64,000 bases of DNA from Acidimicrobiia bacterium (GTDB lineage Bacteria > Actinomycetota > Acidimicrobiia > Spongiisociales > UBA5794), in the NCBI GenBank assembly GCA_030431785.1, contig JAUIIM010000001.1, positions 70,409 through 134,408 of the forward strand, in the 5' to 3' direction. A program made the translations under genes and the position numbers. How positions within the stretch are numbered: the first letter of the stretch is position 1; each line of letters begins with the position of its first letter. The notes beneath the pieces are model-generated. The model ran no database searches, was not told the origin of the DNA, and saw only the letters and a list, made by a program, of their open reading frames with translations. This document shows positions 8,842-17,262 of this stretch, in pieces.

Positions 8842-8881
8842 TATATCGAATCGATACATATGTCTATATCGAATCGATATA
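8842..8881. promoter_or_regulatory. Two copies of palindromic box TATATCGAATCGATA directly upstream of the PadR start (putative autoregulatory operator)
   Basis: Copies at 8842-8856 and 8865-8881 (the second extends to a 17-bp palindrome, TATATCGAATCGATATA). They are separated by catatgtc. This is an AT-rich island in GC-rich DNA, 12 nt from the PadR ATG. Confidence 0.55.
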
Positions 8882-8886
8882 TCGGG

Positions 8887-8928
8887 CCAGGATCTCAGAT
8901 CCCAGATTCCAGATCCCAGTTCAGATGT
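8887..8928. repeat. Heptanucleotide microarray (YCCAGAT)n, about 6 degenerate units
   Basis: CCAGGAT CTCAGAT CCCAGAT TCCAGAT CCCAGTT CAGATGT, read in phase 7. Overlaps the stop codon of the 8921..9421 gene. Confidence 0.7.
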
Positions 8929-9421
8929 CGAGGTAGGTGGAGCGGATGAGAAGATCGACCTCGTGGGCGGTGGCGATGCGGTGGAGGGTTCGGATCGCTG
9001 GGAGGAGGTCGTCGGTTTCGATGAACCGGTCGATAGACGTCGTCGCCTCGACCCGTTCCGCGATGGGGACGCTGCCCCGCAACCAGCCAGCCGCGTGGTG
9101 CAGTGCGTTGACGTGGTTCCCTTTGGTCGGATCGGTTGCGAGTGCCATTTCAAAATCGGTGCGATACTCCGCAGCAAGGGCAGACCGATCCATCGAAGCG
9201 CCGTTCGCCACGAGGGGACCAAGGATCCGATATCTGGCTTCGTCGTGCGCGAGCAGTAGGAGCTTCTCGCGAGTGTGAAACGCGATGAGGTCACCGATCG
9301 TCCAGGTGGTGGCGAAGAGTTCCTCGACGCGACGCCGCGCTGCCGGTCGGTCGTGGACCGCGATGCGTTTCTGTTCCATACCTTGAATACGGTGCCAGCC
9401 CGCGGCGCGGCTTGCGCTCAC
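8921..9421 (-). CDS. DUF1722 (YbgA-like) domain protein
   Basis: 166 aa. FHTREKLLLLAHDEARYRILGPLV...GNHVNALHHAAGWLRG...LLPAIRTLHRIA resembles the YbgA/DUF1722 pattern. The call is from memory of that family only. Confidence 0.45.
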   Translation of the reverse strand: MSASRAAGWHRIQGMEQKRIAVHDRPAARRRVEELFATTWTIGDLIAFHTREKLLLLAHDEARYRILGPLVANGASMDRSALAAEYRTDFEMALATDPTKGNHVNALHHAAGWLRGSVPIAERVEATTSIDRFIETDDLLPAIRTLHRIATAHEVDLLIRSTYLDI

Positions 9422-9422
9422 G

Positions 9423-9824
9423 CTAGGCGGTGTCGTAGGCGCTGGTGGCGATCGCTGCGCCGATGATGAGCACTGCCGCGATCGCGATCCCGAGTTCGAA
9501 GCTGTCCACCGTCCCCTCGTTCACATATCCGGCCAGCGCCCCGGTGAGCAGTCCTATGAGCCCGAATGAGACGATTGAGCGGGCGGGGAGCGCTGCAATC
9601 GCTGCGGCAGCCGTGAAACCGAAGACGCATGCACCGGCGACCATTGCGATCGCCGCCTCGCTCGGCTCTTCCAGTCCGAAGATCGACAGCATCACGAAGA
9701 GACCTGCGTAGAACCCGACGAACCCTGCGGCGAGGCCACCAACGGTGCGCCCGATGATGGCCAGCACGCTCACGTCGCCGCGATGTCGCTCCGTCCGGTG
9801 TCGCTGGTCGAGGTCAGTGGCCAT
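9423..9824 (-). CDS. Small integral membrane protein (about 4 Gly/Ala-rich TM segments), function unknown
   Basis: 133 aa, strongly hydrophobic (LAIIGRTVGGLAAGFVGFYAGLFVMLSIFGL..., GLIGLLTGALAGYV, GIAIAAVLIIGAAIA). Tightly linked upstream of the DUF1722 gene. Confidence 0.6.
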   Translation of the reverse strand: MATDLDQRHRTERHRGDVSVLAIIGRTVGGLAAGFVGFYAGLFVMLSIFGLEEPSEAAIAMVAGACVFGFTAAAAIAALPARSIVSFGLIGLLTGALAGYVNEGTVDSFELGIAIAAVLIIGAAIATSAYDTA

Positions 9825-9956
9825 CGTCTCCTCCTTACGAGTCGATACCGATGCCTACCCGCGGGTGTCGGCCCGCATACATCCCGTTGTCGCGTGAGGC
9901 GCTAGGTTGCGCACCGAGAACGCGAAAAGCCGTTTACCCGATCACGAGGAGACCGG

Positions 9957-10256
9957 ATGCCGTACTCGTTCGATGCTGAGCTCTGGCAGTCGGCGATCGA
10001 AGGGGCCACATGGGTGTTCGTCACCGTTCCCGACGAGATCTCAGACGACATCGAAGCCTCGGTTCCGACCAAGCGCGGGTTCGGGTCGGTGCGGGTGGAG
10101 GTGACGGTCGGTCGCACGACCTGGCGGACGAGCCTGTTCCCAGCCAAGAGTCGCGGCGCCTACATCCTGCCGATGAAGAAGGCCGTCAGAACCGCGGAGT
10201 CGCTCGAGGTCGGGGGGCTGGCGCACATCACACTTGAACCGATCGTTGACGAGTGA
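9957..10256 (+). CDS. DUF1905 domain protein
   Basis: 99 aa. WVFVTVPDEISDDI...GFGSVRVEVTVGRTTWRTSLFPAKSRGAYILPMKKAVR matches the DUF1905 pattern. Confidence 0.65.
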   Translation: MPYSFDAELWQSAIEGATWVFVTVPDEISDDIEASVPTKRGFGSVRVEVTVGRTTWRTSLFPAKSRGAYILPMKKAVRTAESLEVGGLAHITLEPIVDE

Positions 10257-10302
10257 CGTCGGCCGTTGGCGCGTGTTCCGGACTCGAGCACCTATCCGAT
10301 CG

Positions 10303-10935
10303 CTACACGATGCGGCGGTCGGACGCCCAGCGTGCCAGCTCGTGCCGATTCGACAGTTGTAGCTTGCGCAGCACGTTCGAGACGTGCGTCTCCACGGTCT
10401 TGATGGAGATGTCGAGTCTGCGCGCCACCTGTTTGTAGGCGTAGCCCCGAGCGATCTGTCGGAGGACTTCCTGCTCCCTCGGTGTCAGTTGATCGAGCTC
10501 CGGATCGGACTCCACGGGAACAGCTCGTGCAAACGCATCGAGGACGAACCCGGCGAGCGATGGGGAGAACACGGCGTCGCCCCCTGCGACCCGCTCGATC
10601 GCATCCGCGAGTTCGTCGGGAGCGATCGACTTCGTCACGTAGCCGCGTGCCCCCGCTCGGATCATCGCGATCACATCTTCGGGTGCGTCGGAGACGGAGA
10701 GCGCCAGGAAGCGGATTCCCGGGTGTGTCGAGAGCACGTTGCTCACAACCGCAACGCCGCCACCGCCCGGCATGTGGACATCGACGAGCACGACATCGGG
10801 CTGCGCGGAGCGGATTGAGTCAACGGCTTCGTCCACATCCTGTGACGTCCCGGCGATCTCGAATCCATCCTCGAGCTCGGACTGGACGCCGGAGAGGAAG
10901 ATCCTGTGGTCGTCGACCAGGTACACGGACGTCAC
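10303..10935 (-). CDS. NarL/LuxR-family response regulator (LiaR-like)
   Basis: 210 aa. The receiver domain has DVVLVDVHMPGGGG and the C-terminal LuxR HTH has LTPREQEVLRQIARGYAYKQVARRLDISIKTVETHVSNVLRKL. A 4-nt overlap with the kinase gene. Confidence 0.9.
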   Translation of the reverse strand: MTSVYLVDDHRIFLSGVQSELEDGFEIAGTSQDVDEAVDSIRSAQPDVVLVDVHMPGGGGVAVVSNVLSTHPGIRFLALSVSDAPEDVIAMIRAGARGYVTKSIAPDELADAIERVAGGDAVFSPSLAGFVLDAFARAVPVESDPELDQLTPREQEVLRQIARGYAYKQVARRLDISIKTVETHVSNVLRKLQLSNRHELARWASDRRIV

Positions 10936-12167
10936 AGTGTTCTCGCTTTCATGGTGAGGTGGACCTCGGTGCCGGCTCCGACGTCCGAATCGATCGTCAC
11001 GGTACCTCCATGGCGCAGCATCCGGCCGTTGATCGACTCAGCGATCCCTCTGCGGTCGCTGTCGACTGTTGCCGGGTCGAAGCCGCGGCCCTGGTCGCTG
11101 ATGAAGACTTCAACACCATCGGTCGTGACTTCTGCGAACACGGAGACACGATCGGCACCGCTGTGCTCCGCCGCGTTCATCATGGCTTCCGTGGCGGCAG
11201 CTACGAGTGCCACCTGCTGATCCTCCGGAAGGTCGGCCTCGCCTACTACCACCACGGACACCGGCACGTCATGTACTTCCTCCGCCTTCGTAGCGGCCGC
11301 TTGTAGCGCCCCCACGAGGGTCTCGGTGTCGCCAGCAGCCTCGTCGAACAACCACGCTCGCAGGTCGCGCTCTTGTGCGCGGGCGAGGGTCACCATCTTC
11401 TTGGGGTCATCGGACCGTTGGATCAGAGCAAGGGTCTGGAGTACTGAGTCGTGCAGGTGCGCCGCCATCTCGGCCTTCTCCTCCGATCGGATCCGTGCCC
11501 GTCGTTCGGATCGCAGGTCCTCGACGAGGGACCAGATCCAGGGTCCTGCGACCAGGAAGAATCCTGCAAGCGCTGCAACGATCGAGATGGCGAGCACTCC
11601 TATGCCTGCCAGGCGATCCAAGGAGGAGAGGGCGACAGCAAATCCGGCGACCATCATGACGACACCGCCGACGACGATCCACCACGACCGTTGTCGACCG
11701 TCGACCCCCGCGATCCCGGCGATTGACTTCTCGTAGTTGATCCCGGAAGTCTCGATGGCGATCGCAAGTCCGAAGATCACAAGGGTCGCTGGCCACACGA
11801 GGAGGCCGAGCCAGAGCCCGGACATCTGAAGGACCAGCATGACAGCGATGAACATGAGGAGGAGCCCGATCTGCTCCCTTGCGCCGAGGGGTTGCGCCGG
11901 TGTCGTCGTGCCGTCGTCGGGTGGGACGAGGAGAGCGAAGAGCACGTACAGGATCACACCGACGAACCCTGCGAGAGCAAGGCAAAGGAAGGCCGCCCGC
12001 ACATAGATGGGTGAGAGCCCGAGTCGTGCACCGATCCCGCCGGCGACGCCTGCGACCATCCGCTCGGAGCGCGAACGACGGAATGGCCAGGACAAGCGAG
12101 TGAATGGGGATGTCGGCTGGGTCACGGTGTGCTCACGGGTTCGAGTCTCGAGTGGTTGCTGGTGCAT
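10932..12167 (-). CDS. PspC-domain-containing sensor histidine kinase (LiaS-like, HisKA_3 type)
   Basis: ORF 10932..12305. Likely start is ATG 12167 (MHQQPLE). PspC domain: RSRSERMVAGVAGGIGARLGLSPIYVRAAFLCLALAGFVG. Multiple TM segments. H-box AAHLHDSVLQTLALIQ. C-terminal HATPase (NAAEHSGA...DQGRGF...GTEVHL). Confidence 0.85.
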   Translation of the reverse strand: MHQQPLETRTREHTVTQPTSPFTRLSWPFRRSRSERMVAGVAGGIGARLGLSPIYVRAAFLCLALAGFVGVILYVLFALLVPPDDGTTTPAQPLGAREQIGLLLMFIAVMLVLQMSGLWLGLLVWPATLVIFGLAIAIETSGINYEKSIAGIAGVDGRQRSWWIVVGGVVMMVAGFAVALSSLDRLAGIGVLAISIVAALAGFFLVAGPWIWSLVEDLRSERRARIRSEEKAEMAAHLHDSVLQTLALIQRSDDPKKMVTLARAQERDLRAWLFDEAAGDTETLVGALQAAATKAEEVHDVPVSVVVVGEADLPEDQQVALVAAATEAMMNAAEHSGADRVSVFAEVTTDGVEVFISDQGRGFDPATVDSDRRGIAESINGRMLRHGGTVTIDSDVGAGTEVHLTMKARTL

Positions 12168-12286
12168 GGTGTCATACGTCCACTCACCGGGCAATCGGGA
12201 ACGACCCTGACGCGACCCTGATATCTCGGGTATGCACAGGAACATTCCCGATACCAACGTGTAGCGAAGTCGGGCACGATGGTGAC

Positions 12287-13552
12287 ATGACAAACAACAC
12301 AACACACGACCCGAGCGCCCATGGCCGCTTCGAGCGGTCCCGTAGCGAGCGTGTGATCGCAGGTGTGGCTGGCGGAATCGCCCAGCGCCTCGAGATCAAC
12401 GCTTGGTGGATACGCCTCGGGTTCATCATCTTCGCCTTGGTAGGTGCGGGCATCCTCGCCTACGCCGCACTCTGGATATTCCTCCCGAATCCGGAAGAGC
12501 GCTACTCCGCTGCAACTCGGTGGTTCATGGAGCTCGACCTGACCGATAACGGCACGCTCATCGGCGTGATCCTCATGGGAGGGGCTGCCGTCGTGATCGC
12601 CTTCCAAGTGTTCGAGTTCTCCGGATGGGCGGTACTCGCGGCGATCATGTTCGCCGCAGGCATCATCCTCTTCCGGGGTGAGCCCCGGGTGCTCCCGCCA
12701 GAGCCAGACTCCATACTCGCATCCGCGGACGGGTCGACCGATGGCGGTGGGGTCACCGAACCTGACGACGACCACGAGTCCTCCGGACGGGACGGTGATG
12801 GTCCTGATGACGGAGAGGCTGCACCTGCTCCGTTCACGGCGACAGCGGACCGGCCGGTGCCACAGTCACAGGATCCCGATGGTGCGAACGTAGCGCACCG
12901 AACCGAGGCGGTGCGAACGTCGCCACCTTCGTACGTCGGGCGGCTCACGATCGCGTCGGTTCTGATCGTGCTCTCGGGCATGGGTCTGCTTGAAGCATCG
13001 GGTATTGAGGTTGCGGGATCGGAGAACCTCTTCGATCCGATCCACTACGCAGCAACGGCGCTGGGCATCGTCGGATTCGGTCTGTTGGTGTCAGCGTTCG
13101 TCGGGAGGGCTCGATGGCTCATAGCGATCGGTCTGCTTCTCGTTCCGGTGACGATCCTCGCTGCAGTCGTCCCATCTTCGTTCGCGTGGTCGTTCGGCGA
13201 GGAACGCTATGCCCCTCGATCGGTCGACTCCATCGAAGAGGTATACGAGTTGGGATTCGGCGAGCTGACGGTCGACCTGACGAACTTGTCCGAGGCGGAA
13301 CTCGAAGCGATCGGTCTCGTCCGGCTGAAGCTCGGCGCGGGTGAGGCTGTTGTGAAGCTGCCCGATGACGTCGGTGTGCGGATCATCGGAGAGATCGGAG
13401 CCGGAGCATCGGACAGCCACGCCGGCGTCGGGTACGGGGACTACGCAGGATTCGGAATCGACATCGACGAACGAATCGGGCCCTGGCCGACCGTCATCAC
13501 GGTCGAGGGCGAAGTCGGCTTCGGTGTATTGACCATCGAGATCGAGGAGTAG
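12287..13552 (+). CDS. PspC-domain membrane protein with LiaF-like C-terminal domain
   Basis: ORF 12104..13552, trimmed to ATG 12287 (MTNNTTHDP). RSRSERVIAGVAGGIAQRLEINAWWIRLGFIIFALVGAGILAYAALWIFLP is a PspC domain. The C-terminus has GELTVDLTNL...GAGEAVVKLPDDVGVRI. Divergent from the kinase gene. Confidence 0.8.
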   Translation: MTNNTTHDPSAHGRFERSRSERVIAGVAGGIAQRLEINAWWIRLGFIIFALVGAGILAYAALWIFLPNPEERYSAATRWFMELDLTDNGTLIGVILMGGAAVVIAFQVFEFSGWAVLAAIMFAAGIILFRGEPRVLPPEPDSILASADGSTDGGGVTEPDDDHESSGRDGDGPDDGEAAPAPFTATADRPVPQSQDPDGANVAHRTEAVRTSPPSYVGRLTIASVLIVLSGMGLLEASGIEVAGSENLFDPIHYAATALGIVGFGLLVSAFVGRARWLIAIGLLLVPVTILAAVVPSSFAWSFGEERYAPRSVDSIEEVYELGFGELTVDLTNLSEAELEAIGLVRLKLGAGEAVVKLPDDVGVRIIGEIGAGASDSHAGVGYGDYAGFGIDIDERIGPWPTVITVEGEVGFGVLTIEIEE

Positions 13553-13566
13553 GAAGGATTCTTGCC

Positions 13567-13755
13567 ATGGAACGACACAGAACGGATTTCGTAGCCCTGA
13601 CCTTCAGCCTGCTCTTCATCGGTGTGGCGATGCTCGCAGCCTTCGACATGTCATTCGACTGGGACGCCCAGGACTGGGTCGTTCCGGCTGCTGCCATGAT
13701 CCTCGGCATCGGCGTCCTCACCGCGACCCTCCGATCCATTCGGAAGGATCGCTAG
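13567..13755 (+). CDS. Small two-TM membrane protein of the PspC locus
   Basis: 62 aa: MERHRTDFVALTFSLLFIGVAMLAAF...VVPAAAMILGIGVLTATL. Located 14 nt after the PspC gene. Confidence 0.55.
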   Translation: MERHRTDFVALTFSLLFIGVAMLAAFDMSFDWDAQDWVVPAAAMILGIGVLTATLRSIRKDR

Positions 13756-14825
13756 CCGACAAGCGTGATCCGGCCCTCGATCTCGTCGCCGTGGTTGCGA
13801 CCCGTCGGTTCAAAGCCGTACGCGAGGTAGAACGGTCCTGGGCTGCCGCGGCCCGGGTGCCATGAGGTGAGGAGCACTGTTTCTCCGTTCCCTTGGAGGT
13901 CTGTGACGAGCATGTCCAGGACCCTGCGACCGATCCCGCGGCGTTGGTGGTGACGATCGATCAGGAAGCGCCACAGGAAGGGATGTCGGTGGGTTTCGAA
14001 CGTGCCAAGCATCACGAACCCGACCAGCTCACCGTCGGCTTCGATCGCCCTCATCCACGGGCGTATGTCGTCTCCGTCGACGTCCCCCGGGAACAGGTAG
14101 GCGTGGAACGACCTCGCCACCGGTGCGACGAATGCCTCCTGCGACCGATGCGTCACGAGTGACCGGACTGCCCCGTAGTTGTCACGATTGATCTCGACGA
14201 GTCGGATCGTCGACGGTGGGCCGACCGGGCGGTTGCGCCACTGGTCCCAGTCCTGCCGAAGCATCCCGTAGATCCAGTCGTCCGAGACTTCGTCGCCTTC
14301 CCAGAACGATCCTCTCGTGTGTCCTTCGAAGAGCAGTCCGCATCGTTCAAGTACTTGGGCGGATGCCCGGTTGTCGGGATGGAGCTGGCCGAACACACGA
14401 TGCACCCAACGCCCCTCGAAGAGATACTCGACAACTGCCTCGAGTGCCTCGACGGCATACCCGTGACCCCACGCATGTTGTGCGAACGTGTAGCCGACCT
14501 CGGCGGTGCGCCCGCCCCACGTCAGCTGCACGACGATCTCACCGATGGGTGTCTCCGTATCGTTGGTGTCGACGATCGCCGTCCACCAGTTGCCGTCGGT
14601 CGGGCGGCCCTTCGCGATGGCGTCATCGACCATGGATCTGGCACTGTCGAGAGGGAACGGTGGGGTCCATGCTTGGAAGTGGGCGACTCGCGGATCGGAC
14701 CGCCACGCGGCGATTGGTTCGGCATCGGACATCCGTGGCAACCGGACGGTGAGCCGGTCGGTCCGGATGGGGAGAAACGGACCTGGGTCGGTCAGTACGC
14801 TCCGCCGAGTTTCGTGTGATCCCAT
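13752..14825 (-). CDS. Tandem GNAT-family N-acetyltransferase (two acetyltransferase domains)
   Basis: 357 aa. The N-terminal half is RimJ/RimL-like (LTVRLPRMSDAEPIAAW...GYTFAQHAWGHGYAVEA...DNRASAQVLERCG). The C-terminal half carries QRRGIGRRVL and LAYGFEP motifs. Confidence 0.8.
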   Translation of the reverse strand: MGSHETRRSVLTDPGPFLPIRTDRLTVRLPRMSDAEPIAAWRSDPRVAHFQAWTPPFPLDSARSMVDDAIAKGRPTDGNWWTAIVDTNDTETPIGEIVVQLTWGGRTAEVGYTFAQHAWGHGYAVEALEAVVEYLFEGRWVHRVFGQLHPDNRASAQVLERCGLLFEGHTRGSFWEGDEVSDDWIYGMLRQDWDQWRNRPVGPPSTIRLVEINRDNYGAVRSLVTHRSQEAFVAPVARSFHAYLFPGDVDGDDIRPWMRAIEADGELVGFVMLGTFETHRHPFLWRFLIDRHHQRRGIGRRVLDMLVTDLQGNGETVLLTSWHPGRGSPGPFYLAYGFEPTGRNHGDEIEGRITLVG

Positions 14826-15271
14826 GATGAGACCTTCTCCGGTTCGACGATGACTGCGGTGTTCTTCTCTGCGAACCTTCCGAAGGCCTGTTCGAGCGCA
14901 ACGGGATCCAACTCGACGGGTTCGTCTCCGACCATCGGGTACCGGGCAGCCAGGCGTCCATAGATGTCGAGCACGTATGCCGGGTCGGTGACCAGGGTCG
15001 CCCGGCCGCGAATCATCACGCCACGTAGTTCTGCATAGGTGTCACCGGTCTCGACCAGGACCGAGAGCCGTGGATCGCGGTTCAGGTTCACGATCTTCTG
15101 GGATTTGGTGAACGAACGAAACACGATCTTGCCGTCATCCATCACAAACCACATCGGTGCGAGGTGCGGGCCACCGTCTTTACCCAGCGTGGCCACCTGG
15201 AGCACTTTGGCGCCGGAAGCAAGGAAGTCCTGCAGCTCGGTGTCGGTCATGGAGATGTCTTTGCGGGCCAT
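14792..15271 (-). CDS. Pyridoxamine 5'-phosphate oxidase-family (PPOX class, probably F420-dependent) protein
   Basis: ORF 14792..15373. Likely start is ATG 15271 (MARKDISMTDTELQDFL...VLQVATLGKDGGPHLAPMWFVMDDGKIVFRSF). Overlaps the GNAT start by 34 nt. Confidence 0.7.
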   Translation of the reverse strand: MARKDISMTDTELQDFLASGAKVLQVATLGKDGGPHLAPMWFVMDDGKIVFRSFTKSQKIVNLNRDPRLSVLVETGDTYAELRGVMIRGRATLVTDPAYVLDIYGRLAARYPMVGDEPVELDPVALEQAFGRFAEKNTAVIVEPEKVSSWDHTKLGGAY

Positions 15272-15293
15272 AGCCGAAAGCCTACGGCTTTCT

Positions 15294-15328
15294 GAGTACG
15301 CAGTACTGAGTACTCCGTACACAGACCG
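15294..15328. repeat. Heptanucleotide microarray (SAGTACN)n, about 5 degenerate units
   Basis: GAGTACG CAGTACT GAGTACT CCGTACA CAGACCG in phase 7. Located in the divergent PPOX/panB intergenic region. Confidence 0.65.
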
Positions 15329-15464
15329 ACAACCCAGGTCTATTCGGAGATCGGACTGTCGGAGATCGTCCACGTCATAGGCATGCTCCGTGCGTCGGTG
15401 TCGATCGGACGGGTATCATGTGGTTATCCCCCAACCCGTCGTGGTGGGGAGAGAGGACATTCGT

Positions 15465-16373
15465 ATGACCGACGCTGTTCGCCGTCCGATGACGGCTCCG
15501 ATGGTCGCCGCCCGCAAGGGTGGCGAGAAGCTGAAGATGGTCACCGCTTATGACGCCCCGACGGCGAGGATCGCCGATCGTGCGGGCGCGGACATCATCT
15601 TGGTGGGCGATTCCGTGGCCAACGTCGTGCTCGGCCACGACGACACCCTGGCCGTGACGGTCGACGTAATGGTGCATCACACCGCAGCGGTCACCCGCAC
15701 GGACCCGAAGGCGCTCGTCGTCGGAGACATGCCGTGGCTGTCGTACCACAGCACCACGCAGGAGACGGTCGCAAACGCCGGGCGTCTCATCCGTGAAGGG
15801 GGAGCCGGAGCGGTCAAGCTGGAGGGTGGTCGCAAGAGACTCGCGATGGTCGAGGCCGTTCGCGATGCCGAGATCCCGGTGATGGGTCATCTCGGCTTGA
15901 CACCGCAGTCTGTGCACTCGATGGGTGGGTATCGCGTACAGGGCAAGGAAGCCCACGCCGCCTATGAACTGATCTCAGACGCCAGCGCGCTGGTCGACGC
16001 CGGGGTCTTCGCCATCGTCCTCGAAGGGGTTCCCGATGTCGTCGCGTCGATCGTGACGGAGGAGATTCCGGTCCCAACGATCGGCATTGGAGCCGGCGCA
16101 GCATGCGATGGGCAGGTGTTGGTGTTCCACGACGTCACCGGCTTGGGGGCCGGGGAGTACCTGCCGAAGTTCGTCCGCCAGTATGCGTCCCTCGCCGATG
16201 ATGCCGTCGAGGCACTCGAGGCGTTCTTCGCGGATGTGGACTCAGGAGCCTTCCCCTCGGAGGTGGAGACATATCACATGCCTGCGGAGTCCGAGGAGAT
16301 CCTCCGCAACCTTGCGAATCCGAGTGACCACATCCTCGCCGACGAAGCCATGGAGCGGGCACCCGACGCCTGA
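15465..16373 (+). CDS. panB: 3-Methyl-2-oxobutanoate hydroxymethyltransferase
   Basis: ORF 15390..16373. Start is ATG 15465, after GGGGAGAGAGG. KMVTAYDAPTARIADRAGADIILVGDS...VKLEGG...MGHLGLTPQS are PanB signatures. Confidence 0.9.
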   Translation: MTDAVRRPMTAPMVAARKGGEKLKMVTAYDAPTARIADRAGADIILVGDSVANVVLGHDDTLAVTVDVMVHHTAAVTRTDPKALVVGDMPWLSYHSTTQETVANAGRLIREGGAGAVKLEGGRKRLAMVEAVRDAEIPVMGHLGLTPQSVHSMGGYRVQGKEAHAAYELISDASALVDAGVFAIVLEGVPDVVASIVTEEIPVPTIGIGAGAACDGQVLVFHDVTGLGAGEYLPKFVRQYASLADDAVEALEAFFADVDSGAFPSEVETYHMPAESEEILRNLANPSDHILADEAMERAPDA

Positions 16374-16429
16374 CAGTCTCTGCCGAGTCTCGAAGGGCGC
16401 TTGCTGGACCCCGCGGTAGCCTCGCGAGC

Positions 16430-16948
16430 ATGATCCGGTACGTACTGCTGGTGCTCTGTCTCATTGCGATCGTCGGTTGCACCGACGATGTGAACGACGG
16501 GCTACAGACATCATCGACGACACCGACGTCCGGTACGGATGCGATTTCGGTCCCTCCGCAACTGGCGGATCTCGAGGTGGAGGAGGTCACGGTCGGGGAC
16601 CGAATCCTCACGCTTGCGATCGCCGACTCTCCGACGCTTCGTAGCCAAGGGCTCATGGGTGTCGAGGATCTGGGCGATCTCGACGGAATGCTCTTCTACT
16701 GGCGTCACGACGCAGGCAGTGCAGGTTTCTGGATGAAGGACACGCTCATCCCGCTTGACGTCGTCTGGTTCCTGGAAGACGGATCATTTGCGGGTCGAGC
16801 GTCGATGGAACCGTGCCCTTCCACTGCTGATGACTGCCCGACGTACGATCCGGGCGACGGCATCGACTACCGCTTTGCGATCGAAGCAAATCCCGGCGAC
16901 CTGGACTGGATCGACACCTCGACCGTGATCGTCTACGAAGACGAGTAG
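16430..16948 (+). CDS. DUF192-domain lipoprotein
   Basis: 172 aa. Lipobox LIAIVGC. LAIADSPTLRSQGLMGVEDLGDLDGMLFYW...FWMKDTLIPLDVVWF is DUF192-like. Confidence 0.7.
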   Translation: MIRYVLLVLCLIAIVGCTDDVNDGLQTSSTTPTSGTDAISVPPQLADLEVEEVTVGDRILTLAIADSPTLRSQGLMGVEDLGDLDGMLFYWRHDAGSAGFWMKDTLIPLDVVWFLEDGSFAGRASMEPCPSTADDCPTYDPGDGIDYRFAIEANPGDLDWIDTSTVIVYEDE

Positions 16949-16960
16949 CGATCGAGGGTC

Positions 16961-16988
16961 TGAGTACTCAGTACTCAGTACGCAGTAC
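16961..16988. repeat. Heptanucleotide microarray (TSAGTAC)n, 4 units
   Basis: TGAGTAC TCAGTAC TCAGTAC GCAGTAC. The same motif family as 15294-15328. It recurs as GAGTACG AAGTACA at 17071-17084. Confidence 0.7.
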
Positions 16989-17167
16989 AAAGTGGTGGGA
17001 GGCAAGAGGTCACCGGTCTTCGTGTGTGTTCTCTTCACTTTGCGTCCTCCCTTTGGGGGGACGGACGACCGAGTACGAAGTACAGAGTGGTGGGAGGCAA
17101 GCGGCCTACCGGTCTTCCTGCATACCCGGTCTATTTTGCGTCCTCCCTTTAGGGGGGACGGACGACG
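16985..17167. repeat. Two tandem copies (~95-bp period) of a structured noncoding element between convergent genes; possible small RNA
   Basis: Copy 1 is 16985-17070 and copy 2 is 17080-17167. Conserved block A is GTACARAGTGGTGGGAGGCAAG.GG.C.ACCGGTCTTC. Conserved block B is TTTGCGTCCTCCCTTT(G/AG)GGGGGACGGACGAC. They flank a divergent 17-nt centre. Block B folds as a 9-bp hairpin, CGTCCTCCC/GGGGGGACG, with one G-U pair. Confidence 0.6.
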
Positions 17168-17262
17168 GGTTCGGCGGTTCGTCAGAAGCGCCGTGGCCGG
17201 GGTCAGGGGGGCGTGGGAGCCTGCGACCGCAACGCCGATCCACCGAACCCCAACGCTGCGCC

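Noticed and set aside
12137-12150. tRNA-like T-arm string GGGTTCGAGTCTCG
   Set aside because: The flanking bases cannot form a T-stem (ACGGG versus CTCGA), and no acceptor or anticodon arms are present. It lies in the divergent PspC promoter region.
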